Below, one piece after another: positions 16,923-25,130 of a DNA stretch of 64,000 nucleotides. Location of the stretch: assembly GCA_050738795.1 (NCBI GenBank), contig JBOIAD010000113.1:131-64130 (forward strand). Reading direction: 5' to 3'. Position 1 is the first letter of the stretch, and the number at the start of each line of letters is the position of its first letter. Position numbers and translations under genes: made by a program. The notes under the pieces are model-generated. The model had not been told where the DNA came from. It did not search any database and saw nothing but the letters and a program-made list of their open reading frames with translations. This DNA is from Steroidobacteraceae bacterium (GTDB lineage Bacteria > Pseudomonadota > Gammaproteobacteria > Steroidobacterales > Steroidobacteraceae).

Positions 16923-17101
16923 GACCCCGAAGACCACCCCAGGAAATCAAGCTTGCATCCGCACACGAGCTTCAACCGTCGACCAGGATGCTTGATTTCC
17001 CGGGGACCCCGGTGAAACCACCCCAGGAAATCAAGCTTGCATCCGCACACGAGCTGCAACCGTCGACCAGGATGCTTGATTTCCCCGGGGACCCCGGTGA
17101 A
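16923..17101. repeat. Two tandem 84/85-bp palindromic elements (P family, REP/MITE-like)
   Basis: Each unit has 11-bp perfect inverted arms GGAAATCAAGC (16942, 17026) and GCTTGATTTCC (16990, 17074) around a 37-nt core containing GTCGAC. The units are bounded by GACCCCG(A/G)..GA direct repeats at 16923, 17005 and 17090. Related copies lie at 27411-27483 and 42512-42586. Confidence 0.9.
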
Positions 17102-18010
17102 GAGCCGGGGGGTGGGGAATTGATCTTTCTGATCGACGCTTCGGTCTACGTGTTCCGTGCGTATCACTCCGTGCTGCCCGACATGATCGATCGGGACGGC
17201 AATCCGGTGCACGCGGTGTTCGGATTCGCCCGCTTCGTGGGCGATCTGATCGAGCGCATGCGCCCAAGATACATCGCGGTGGCTTTCGATCAACGGCTCG
17301 CCAACTCCTATCGCAGCCGCATCTATCCGGCCTACAAGGCGAACCGCGAGCCGCCCCCAGTGGATCTCCCCGCGCAATTCGAGCGCTGCCGGCAGGTGTG
17401 CCGCCACCTCGGGCTCGCGGTATTCACCCATCCGGAATACGAAGCCGATGACATCATCGGCACCCTTGCATGCCAGATGCGGGAGGAGGGTGTGCGCTCG
17501 GCCTTCATTACGCGCGACAAGGATCTCGCGCAGCTCATGCGCGACGGCGACCTGTTCTGGGATTACGGGGCGCGCGAGCAATTCGGCTACCACGACATAG
17601 AACGGCACTACGGCGTTGCGCCTGAGAGGTTTGCCGACTATCTCGCACTCACGGGTGATTGCGTCGACAACATTCCGGGCGTCCCGGGAATCGGACCCAA
17701 AACGGCAGCCGTGCTGATGAAGGAATTCGCATCCCTCGACGATCTGTATGCCGGTCTCGGGCGCGTGGCCGGTCTGAAGCTGCGCGGCGCAAAGACACTC
17801 AGTGACCGGCTGCGCGAGCATCGCGAGTCCGCCTACCTGGCGCGGCAGCTCACGCGCATCACCTGCGACATGGAGCTTGGCGTGGGCGTCGAGGGGTTGC
17901 GCCGCCGGGCGCCGGATGTCTGCGCACTGGGTGGCCTGTACGACCAACTGGGCTTCGGGCCATTTCTGCGCCGCCAGGGAGACCGGCTGGCGCAGCTGGC
18001 CCTGGATTGA
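17072..18010 (+). CDS. Stand-alone 5'-3' exonuclease / flap endonuclease (Pol I N-terminal domain-like)
   Basis: Conserved residues: LIFLIDASVYVFRAYHS...AVAFDQ...RSRIYPAYKANR...EADDIIGT...TRDKDLAQL, plus H3TH region GDCVDNIPGVPGIGPKTA. The start is uncertain: ATG 17072 lies inside repeat copy 2, and an in-frame TTG at about 17120 directly precedes the conserved core. Confidence 0.88.
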   Translation: MLDFPGDPGEEPGGGELIFLIDASVYVFRAYHSVLPDMIDRDGNPVHAVFGFARFVGDLIERMRPRYIAVAFDQRLANSYRSRIYPAYKANREPPPVDLPAQFERCRQVCRHLGLAVFTHPEYEADDIIGTLACQMREEGVRSAFITRDKDLAQLMRDGDLFWDYGAREQFGYHDIERHYGVAPERFADYLALTGDCVDNIPGVPGIGPKTAAVLMKEFASLDDLYAGLGRVAGLKLRGAKTLSDRLREHRESAYLARQLTRITCDMELGVGVEGLRRRAPDVCALGGLYDQLGFGPFLRRQGDRLAQLALD

Positions 18011-18065
18011 GCCGCCTCCCGCGTTGATCGCCGCGGAAGCGGAGCCGCTCCCGGCGGACTCAGCG

Positions 18066-18716
18066 TCAGCTTTGATGGTCCTCGTCGGCGGGTGGCGATT
18101 CGCCCGCAATGCATCCAAGCGGCTCGCCTGAGCCATCCGGACCGCGCGCCTCGAGGTGCACCGTGCGTCCCCTGAGAAGCTGGGTGTCGATGCGCACGAG
18201 CTGGCTGCCATCCGGCTGCATTCGCGCCGCATAATGCGCGGCCGGAAGCTCGTGCCTCTCGGAATCCAGGGCCACGACTCGCAGCTCTCTGGATACTCCA
18301 GGCACTCGCAGAAGCGCCAATTGCGTATCGGCCGCCAGATGCAGCGTAGTGCACTCGTCCGCACCGCGCGTCACGGAAGGGACGTTGAACACAACAGTCT
18401 CCGTAGAGTCGAGGTCGGTCACTTGCGCGCTCCTTCCGGCCCAGCCGCCCGCGGCACCCACGACTCCTGCGCCCAGCAGCGAAGCGGCCATGCGCCAATC
18501 GGTAAACGCAGGCAGATACTGCTTGCGGGCCGGTGGACGCACCGCGGGACGCTGTTCGGGCATGTCGAGCCTGATCGCGCGCCAGGCCTCGACATCATCA
18601 ACACATTCGGCGCACCCCATCATGTGCAGCTCGAACGCCTCTTGCGTGCTCTCATCCAGGCCGTCCGCGACATAGCAGGCAGCCGTCTGATTCGTCTTGA
18701 ACTGTGTGTGGTCCAT
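18066..18716 (-). CDS. Zinc-finger (HxxxCxxC) single-pass anti-sigma factor
   Basis: ATG at 18716, 8 nt after the sigma stop. ZAS-type motif: HMMGCAEC. TM helix: MAASLLGAGVVGAAGGWAG. About 130-aa periplasmic C-terminal domain. The track ORF is over-extended to 18953. Confidence 0.8.
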   Translation of the reverse strand: MDHTQFKTNQTAACYVADGLDESTQEAFELHMMGCAECVDDVEAWRAIRLDMPEQRPAVRPPARKQYLPAFTDWRMAASLLGAGVVGAAGGWAGRSAQVTDLDSTETVVFNVPSVTRGADECTTLHLAADTQLALLRVPGVSRELRVVALDSERHELPAAHYAARMQPDGSQLVRIDTQLLRGRTVHLEARGPDGSGEPLGCIAGESPPADEDHQS

Positions 18717-18724
18717 GGTATTCC

Positions 18725-19375
18725 CTACTCCTTGGTCGATTGCGCAGATCCCGACTCGCCAACCGCGAACCCGTGCCTGCGGAGGATTTCGCCGAATCGT
18801 TGGCGTGCGCGCCAGAGGACCTGATTGAACTGCATGTCGGTCAATTGCAACGACTCGCGGATCGCAATCCGCGGCTCTTCCTGGAGGTAGTACCGTACCA
18901 ACACTTCGCGGTCGCGCTGCACGGGCAGATGGCCCATGAGATCGCGCACGCATCTGGCGAGTTGCTCGTGGTCAAGGCGTTCTTCCAGCGACAGCGCCTC
19001 GTCCTTGAGATTCGTGAGCAACTCCCGATCGTTGTCGTGCCGGTGTGAAAGCTCTCCGCGCCAGTAGGCCGTGGCGAGCTTGCATGCCGTGCGATAGAGA
19101 TAGCCTCCCAGATTGTGCGGGTCATCCAGACCCTCGCTACGGATCTTCTTGATCGCCTGCAAAAACGTGCGCTGCAACAGGTCCTCGGCGGCATCGCGAG
19201 CGATGCGTCTGTGCAGGAATACCTGTAGCAAGGGCCTCCGATATCTCACGTAAAGTTGATTTTGGAGGCTCGTCCGCTCGGCAATGGCTTCTACGAGCGC
19301 TGAATCGTCACGGGCAGCGCGGTCCAGGGGCTTGTCGGGGCAGATCTCTGCCGGCGGTGATTCGATATATGTCAT
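18725..19375 (-). CDS. ECF-type RNA polymerase sigma factor
   Basis: Region 2: AAEDLLQRTFLQAIKKI...GGYLYRTACKLATAYWR. Region 4: LPVQRDREVLVRYYLQEEPRIAIRESLQLTDMQFNQVLWRARQRF. ATG 19375 overlaps the TGA of the upstream S8 gene (ATGA). Confidence 0.88.
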   Translation of the reverse strand: MTYIESPPAEICPDKPLDRAARDDSALVEAIAERTSLQNQLYVRYRRPLLQVFLHRRIARDAAEDLLQRTFLQAIKKIRSEGLDDPHNLGGYLYRTACKLATAYWRGELSHRHDNDRELLTNLKDEALSLEERLDHEQLARCVRDLMGHLPVQRDREVLVRYYLQEEPRIAIRESLQLTDMQFNQVLWRARQRFGEILRRHGFAVGESGSAQSTKE

Positions 19376-20586
19376 GGAGGCGCTTCCCGCTTCGATCCTG
19401 GCTGGCGACAAACGCGCGCTGTCCGGCCCTCCGTTTGCAGTAGGCAAGCATCGGCTAGCGGGACCCCGTCTAAGTATGGCGTCCGCGCCCCAGGTTTAGA
19501 ACGGCGTGGAGTTTTGAGCATTTGCCCTTGTACGACCCTTGCCAGGAACTCGTCTGTATTCAATTTAGCATAGGGAGGCCTTGCCCAGATGCCGGCCAGC
19601 AGACCCGCGAGGATGGCCGTGGAGTTCGAGCTTCCTTGTTCGAGCTGGTAGCGGTTGGGCGGCGAGCCTGCGCCGATCACACAGGCGCTGGGAGACCCCA
19701 GGTTGAGCCCCAGCGGCGCTGGGCTCGTCCCCGGGGAGATCATGTCGTCGTTTCCGATCGGCACGGCCCGGACGATCCGCCGGAAGCGGTATGCGGCAGG
19801 AAAACCGGCGGCAGGCTCTCCTTTGTTGGGCACGCTGGCCACCACGACTGCCGCGCGGGGCGAATCAGGCCGATCGGCGATCTCGGCAAACGCGCTATCC
19901 AGCTCGGGTGTCGTGGCATTCCAATGAGCGCTGAAGCTCAGGATCCGGGCGCCCATGCGTGTTGCATAATTCAGTGCCCGCACCAGGCGTTGTGGATTCG
20001 CATCGTCGTCCACACCCCGATTGCAGCCGACGACACGCAGGATCATGAGGCGTGCGCCATCTGACCCGGCCGCGGCGATTCCCACGCCGTTGTTTCGCCG
20101 GGCCGCCACCAGGCTTGCCATCAGCGTGCCGTGGCTGAAACGCGAACGGCATTCGCCCTTGGGAGAGACATCGGCGCTGTCATCGACGAAGTCCCATCCG
20201 TGGACGTCGTCAACATAGCCATTCCCGTCGTCGTCAACTCCTGGCTTGCCGTGTGCCTCTGCCTCGTTGGTCCAGAGCTGATTGCGCAGATCTTCGTGGT
20301 CGATATAGGCGCCATCGTCGAAGACGGCGACGATGACGGGCTTGTCGGCTTCGTGGTCACTCCAGGCCAGCGAGCCGGCGACGTAGTCAACCCACCATAG
20401 ATTGCCCGCCCGATAGGCGCAGTCGCTCGTGGCAGCATCGTCCACTGGCGTGGACGGCAGAAGCGTTGAGCACTTCAGCGGTTGGCACGGAAACGCCCCT
20501 GCGTCCTGCGCCGGGGCCGGTGGGACAGAGCGGGTGATGAGGAGGAGCAAGCCCACCCCAGCCGCACGGAGGGTGCCCGGCGTCAT
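19372..20586 (-). CDS. Secreted S8 family (subtilisin-like) serine peptidase
   Basis: Signal peptide: AAGVGLLLLITRSVPPAPAQD. Asp region: VIVAVFDDGAYIDHEDL. Ca-binding-like stretch: VDDDGNGYVDDVHGWDF. His region: SHGTLMASLVAA. Ser region: GSSNSTAILAGLLAGI. Confidence 0.88.
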   Translation of the reverse strand: MTPGTLRAAGVGLLLLITRSVPPAPAQDAGAFPCQPLKCSTLLPSTPVDDAATSDCAYRAGNLWWVDYVAGSLAWSDHEADKPVIVAVFDDGAYIDHEDLRNQLWTNEAEAHGKPGVDDDGNGYVDDVHGWDFVDDSADVSPKGECRSRFSHGTLMASLVAARRNNGVGIAAAGSDGARLMILRVVGCNRGVDDDANPQRLVRALNYATRMGARILSFSAHWNATTPELDSAFAEIADRPDSPRAAVVVASVPNKGEPAAGFPAAYRFRRIVRAVPIGNDDMISPGTSPAPLGLNLGSPSACVIGAGSPPNRYQLEQGSSNSTAILAGLLAGIWARPPYAKLNTDEFLARVVQGQMLKTPRRSKPGARTPYLDGVPLADACLLQTEGRTARVCRQPGSKREAPP

Positions 20587-20726
20587 GCCGCAATTCTAGT
20601 CGCGTGCCGCAGCCGAAACCCGGACTTGATCGGCGCCCTTGCGCCAAATGCGGGATCCCCAGGCACAGGATCCCTTGGGGCGGCCCTCGGCACGCCCCAG
20701 GGAAGCCGCGCACATCCGCCGGCAAA

Positions 20727-21314
20727 TCAGTCGCTGCTGTGGATCACGCCGTCGTCATCGAGCTTGACGGAAGTCGGCGAGTTGACCGACTGCATCACGA
20801 TGATCGCGGCGGCGTCACCGGTCACATCGCGTGGGAAGATCAGTACGTGTTCCAACTGTCCCTGAATCCTCGCAAGTCCATACCAGTGCTGCTGCTCATA
20901 ATACGGCTCGGATGCCTGCGCATAGCCCGACATCGCGAGGAACGGCGAGCTCGCCTCCTGGCCGGGAATGCACTCGAAGTCCGCGGGTATGCTGGTCATC
21001 TTCGTGCCGGGGCGGTACTCGAGCTTCATGCCGTTCCAGTTGGCGGCCCAATGTTGCTGAGCGCCATCCTGCGCCTCGAGCACATAGCTGCCGTCCTCGG
21101 CCGGGCGGGGCACTATCCGGAATTTGAGGCCGGTCTGCACGCGGGCCGCGAGCCCGGCGTGTTGCTCGGTGCAGTTCTTCGATACGGTCCATGTCTTGAA
21201 GAAATAGCCGGGGACGGTGGCCGCTTCGGCGGGTGGCGCCGTCGCCGCCCAGCCGACGAGCAAACACTGGGCGATGATCGATGAAGACAGGGATACCTTG
21301 CGGGACAGGGACAT
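20727..21314 (-). CDS. Secreted hypothetical protein (195 aa)
   Basis: Good SD (GAGGAG) upstream of ATG 21314. Signal peptide: IIAQCLLVGWAATAPPAEA. Non-repetitive, balanced composition with two Cys. I do not recognise a family. Confidence 0.65.
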   Translation of the reverse strand: MSLSRKVSLSSSIIAQCLLVGWAATAPPAEAATVPGYFFKTWTVSKNCTEQHAGLAARVQTGLKFRIVPRPAEDGSYVLEAQDGAQQHWAANWNGMKLEYRPGTKMTSIPADFECIPGQEASSPFLAMSGYAQASEPYYEQQHWYGLARIQGQLEHVLIFPRDVTGDAAAIIVMQSVNSPTSVKLDDDGVIHSSD

Positions 21315-21438
21315 GGAGTTCTCCTCGGAGGGTGCACGGCAGGGATGAAACGAATCCGCGGTACATCACTGCTGCGAGGAGGCTGCTTATCTCAGGGAGA
21401 CTTCCGGCTTCAGGCCACGGGCCGACCGCTTGCGAGAT

Positions 21439-24400
21439 CTACAGGGTCGTGTCGGGCCAGCCGTGGAGCGCAAACGCCGCCCAGTCATAGGAGGAGGAAG
21501 CGGTGGCCTGATCGAGCTGCGCCCTGCGCAGGGCGGCCGACGCCGGCAGACGGTCGAGCAGCAAATATCTGTAGAACTGCCGCATGAAGCTCGAGGTGCT
21601 CCGATCGTCGATGCGCCAGTAGCTTGCGATGACGGCAGCCGCGCCCGCCTGCAGGAAGGCTTGTGCCGGACCGAGTACACCTTCACCCGGGAGCAACCGG
21701 CCGCGCGACGTCTCGCACGCGCTGAGTACGACCAGGCTGGAATGCAACTTCAGTGCCAGAATATCCAGCAGCCCGAAAGCGGATGCCGGCCTGCCGGTGC
21801 CCTCTTCGGGTGTCAGTGCGAGCGCCGACAGGCGGGGGCGTTGAGCGTCCACCCGGGCGTGAGTTGCAATGTGCAGCAGATCAACATGTTCATCCGCCGC
21901 GCGGCGCAATGCGCCGGGTACGGCAGCGCACCCGAGAAGCGTCTCGACGCGGCCGGCCGGTCTCGATTGCCGCGCTAGCTGTGCAACCATCAGAACCTCG
22001 GCACGGCTGCCGGGCAGGCGCGGCAGGGCCTCGGTCCAATCGAAGGCCGCCCGCGTGACAGGCTTTGCGCTCGACTCTCCCGCGGCGTCCAGACACTCGT
22101 GGTGCCAGTCGGAAATCCTGAATACGGGGTCGCCGATCAGCTCGATCCGTGGCGCGCTGGCGCGCCCAGCGGAGGGTGTGTGCCCCTGCGTCAGAAACAG
22201 TGCGGACGGCATGATGGACGTTTCCGCATGTTGCAGAACCGTCTGGGCCGCGAAGTTGGAAGACCAGGGAAGTACATTGAATGGAATAGTGTGCAAGGCA
22301 TCGTCGGGCACGAAAATGATCCGTTTGCCGGACAACCTGCTGGTGAGGGGCCACAACGCGAGCCGCGCCAGGCGCTCGGCGGCGGAGCGAACCGTACTGG
22401 CAGGCGACTCGGGGTCCCGCAGCAGCTCGCGCAGCTCGCCGGCCGCGGCGGCGATTTCGCGCCGCCCGCCCAGTTGCACGAGTTGGGCGCTGCCGTTGCC
22501 GTCGATCACGAAAGCAAACATGTCCCGCGAGCCGGCGGCATACTCGACCAGCGTGGCGTCGAGTCGTCCGAGAGCCTGCTTGAGCTGGTTGCGGTCGAAT
22601 GGCTCGACCGTGCCGCGCTCCCGCCGCACTGCGCTGTCCAGCTCGGCGAGCAGGTCCTGATGCTCGGCGCCTGCATTCGCATTGGCGAGCTGAACCACCT
22701 CCCGCAACAACTGTCGATATCGCGCGGCCGGGGGTGCCTCGAGCGGCGACGAGGCATCTCGCTTCGTCTGAGTGATTGCATACCGCAAGCTGCGCGCGCG
22801 TCCCCGCTCCGAAGTCTCGAACGCCAACCACGTCATATCGGGATCAGCTCCTGCTTGCGAGGCATACAGGTCCATCAGCTCCGCGAAGACGGTGTACTGC
22901 GTAGCCAGATAGGTGGCGCGCTTCTCGCCATCGAGCTGGTCGATCGGGACCGCTTCGATCAGATCGGCGGCGGTCTGCAGTGTGCGCGCGGCTTGCGCCG
23001 GCAGCCGTGATGCGCGGTAACCCGCGGAGATGAGCCGCAACGAAGTAACGGTCTGATCGATGTCGCCCCGCGCAACGCTGGTTTCCAGCGCCCGGGTGGA
23101 GTCCTGCAGCGTGCGGGCGCCGTTGCCGGCAAGCAGTGCCGATTTCACGACGCCGAGTTGAGCTGCGCCGCGGTGCTCGTAGGTCGCCGGAAGCGCCGCG
23201 TTGTCGGCGATGCGTAGCGCCCGCCTGAAGCTCGTTTGCGCTCCTTCGGCATCGTTACGTTCCAGAAGCATCGTGCCGCGTGCGTTTGCGAGACGAACCT
23301 GTGTGCGCGAATCCGCGGCGTAAGGGCCGGCGGCATCGAGACAGTGCTGCGCCCGGGCGTCGTCGCCTTCCATCATGAGGAGGTCGCCTAGCGAGAGCAG
23401 CGCATCGAAGACGACGATCCTGTTGGCAGCCGCAAGCGTACGCGCATCGAGAGAATGCCTGCACAACTGCGTGTGTCCGGTATCCGCAGGGGCGGAGAAG
23501 CGATCTGTCGGCGGCGGCCCGGAGGACGCGGACGAGTCAGTTCCGGCAGGGAGGGCCGCGCCGGCCGATGCCAGCAACTCGGGACAGTCGAGCGATGCTG
23601 CGTGCTGCAGGTCATTCTCCGCGTCGGCGAGAGTGCCGATCTGCACCAGGAGACTGCCAGAGCGCGCAAGCGTGCGGCGTACGCCGGGGCAATCTCCGAG
23701 CCCTGCGTACTCGCGCATTGCCGCCGCGTGCGAGTGTGCGCTGCTGCTGAAGAGACCCACTACGCCCTGCAGGCGCCCGAGGTTGTTCCAGATGTCCGCG
23801 GCCACTTTCGGGTCGAGCTCCGGCCGCAGAGCACGCAAGGCGTCCCCATACGCTGACAATGCAAATGCGTAGTTCTTGTCGGCCTCCGCAAGCAGCGCAA
23901 GATTCTGACTTGCGATCGCGTAGCAATCCCAGTCCTGCAGGGCGCGGCAGCTTCGTGCGGCCTGCGCGAAGAGCTCGCGCGCCTTTGCAGGGGCGTCGAG
24001 CATGTACTCGAGAAACCCGGTCATGATGTCGAGTCGCGGCAGCTCGCGCGCACCAGCGCCGCTCGCGGCGTCGTATTTGCGCGCTACGAATAGCCGTTCG
24101 CGCACCCTCGGTGCGACAACATGGACATCGCCGCCTGGCATATCGAGCAGCGCTTTGCCCTGCAGACCGGCGAGCAGGCCGGTAAAGATCGGATCGACCG
24201 CGGTAAAGATCGGATCGGCCTGTTCGCCGTAGTCGGCAAGAGCCTGTCCCGCGAGCGCATAGCTGTCGCGTTTGCGATCGAATCGGCGATACGCCAACTC
24301 TGCCATGGCGTGACGTGCCTCGGCCGACGCCCGCCGCAGACGCTGTCGATCAAATCCGCGAGCGGCGCTGAGGTATTCATCAAAAGCCGTGTTCCAGTCC

Positions 24401-24873
24401 CGCCTCTGCGTGGCGTGGCCCGCAGCGGCGAATGCCCTCTGTGCCCATAAGCCCCTCTCGATGGGCTTCACGAGAGCCGCCGAGATACATGCCTCACCGC
24501 GGATTTCCGGCGAGTCCTGCGCGCGAATACTGACGATGTGCGAATCGGCGTGGCGCACGCCCGTGACCAGTACGATGGTACCGAAGCGCTCGACCGGGCT
24601 TGCCGCCGCAGTCGCCGGATCGTGATCCAGCGTGGCGATGACCGACACCCCCCGTTCTTCGATCCTGATGTCCAGGACGCCGGCGCTGGGCGCGGCAATG
24701 TCCCATGAGGCTTCGACGGTTCCGCCCACCGGGCGGCACGTTCGGAGAAGGATATTCTGCGATGAAGCCTTCGAGCCGCAGGCTGTCAGGAGCAGGCACG
24801 ACGCAAGGACGGCCAGCCAGCCACAGGCGCCCTGGCTGGGCGAGAGCCGCAACGTGCCGGCGGGTGTCGACAT
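21439..24873 (-). CDS. Lipoprotein with N-terminal beta-rich domain, long TPR-like helical repeat region and C-terminal CHAT (caspase-like) protease domain
   Basis: Signal peptide plus lipobox: WLAVLASCLLLTAC. Central Ala/Leu-rich helical repeats. The C-terminal CHAT domain carries the His/Cys dyad: LLHIATHARVD...LVVLSACETSRG...AAAVIASYWRIDD. Confidence 0.88.
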   Translation of the reverse strand: MSTPAGTLRLSPSQGACGWLAVLASCLLLTACGSKASSQNILLRTCRPVGGTVEASWDIAAPSAGVLDIRIEERGVSVIATLDHDPATAAASPVERFGTIVLVTGVRHADSHIVSIRAQDSPEIRGEACISAALVKPIERGLWAQRAFAAAGHATQRRDWNTAFDEYLSAARGFDRQRLRRASAEARHAMAELAYRRFDRKRDSYALAGQALADYGEQADPIFTAVDPIFTGLLAGLQGKALLDMPGGDVHVVAPRVRERLFVARKYDAASGAGARELPRLDIMTGFLEYMLDAPAKARELFAQAARSCRALQDWDCYAIASQNLALLAEADKNYAFALSAYGDALRALRPELDPKVAADIWNNLGRLQGVVGLFSSSAHSHAAAMREYAGLGDCPGVRRTLARSGSLLVQIGTLADAENDLQHAASLDCPELLASAGAALPAGTDSSASSGPPPTDRFSAPADTGHTQLCRHSLDARTLAAANRIVVFDALLSLGDLLMMEGDDARAQHCLDAAGPYAADSRTQVRLANARGTMLLERNDAEGAQTSFRRALRIADNAALPATYEHRGAAQLGVVKSALLAGNGARTLQDSTRALETSVARGDIDQTVTSLRLISAGYRASRLPAQAARTLQTAADLIEAVPIDQLDGEKRATYLATQYTVFAELMDLYASQAGADPDMTWLAFETSERGRARSLRYAITQTKRDASSPLEAPPAARYRQLLREVVQLANANAGAEHQDLLAELDSAVRRERGTVEPFDRNQLKQALGRLDATLVEYAAGSRDMFAFVIDGNGSAQLVQLGGRREIAAAAGELRELLRDPESPASTVRSAAERLARLALWPLTSRLSGKRIIFVPDDALHTIPFNVLPWSSNFAAQTVLQHAETSIMPSALFLTQGHTPSAGRASAPRIELIGDPVFRISDWHHECLDAAGESSAKPVTRAAFDWTEALPRLPGSRAEVLMVAQLARQSRPAGRVETLLGCAAVPGALRRAADEHVDLLHIATHARVDAQRPRLSALALTPEEGTGRPASAFGLLDILALKLHSSLVVLSACETSRGRLLPGEGVLGPAQAFLQAGAAAVIASYWRIDDRSTSSFMRQFYRYLLLDRLPASAALRRAQLDQATASSSYDWAAFALHGWPDTTL

Positions 24874-24912
24874 GCTGATAGCGGAATTCGTGAAATGGCC
24901 GGCAGCGCAGCG

Positions 24913-25017
24913 GCCGTTCTACGCCATAACGGCGATCCATGCCATGAGTCGCCGTGCTACGCCATGAGCATCCATGCCAGGAGCCGCCGTTCTACGCCAT
25001 AAGGACGATCCATGCCA
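24913..25017. repeat. Three imperfect ~35-38-bp direct repeats in the divergent CHAT/acs intergenic region
   Basis: Copies at 24913-24944, 24951-24979 and 24986-25017. Core motif: GCCGT(T/G)CTACGCCAT(A/G)A..(N)GATCCATGCCA. Confidence 0.85.
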
Positions 25018-25130
25018 AGCCTTCCCGGCGCGGACTGCGTCCGCTTGCGGGACGCTCACGGATGCCCTGCGAAACTCGGCTACGCTATGCTCGTGGGCAG
25101 CGCAGGCTTCAGTGCCCGAGGCGGAAGAAC

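Noticed and set aside
16923-17101. Possible CRISPR array
   Set aside because: There are only two directly abutting ~84-bp units with no unique spacers. The units are internally palindromic with a long loop, related copies are dispersed singly elsewhere, and there are no cas genes.
16247-18010. HNH nuclease + 5'-3' exonuclease as a restriction-modification or defence pair
   Set aside because: There is no methyltransferase, ATPase/helicase or specificity subunit. The exonuclease is a standard Pol I N-terminal-domain homologue. The two genes are separated by repeat elements, so co-function is unsupported by the sequence alone.
16454-18364. 636-aa minus-strand ORF spanning the HNH gene, the tandem repeats, the exonuclease gene and part of the anti-sigma gene
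   Set aside because: It runs antisense through two genes with clear homology and straight through the non-coding palindromic repeats, whose translation is duplicated (REIKHPGRRL.LVCGCKLDFLGW). Composition is shadow-like.
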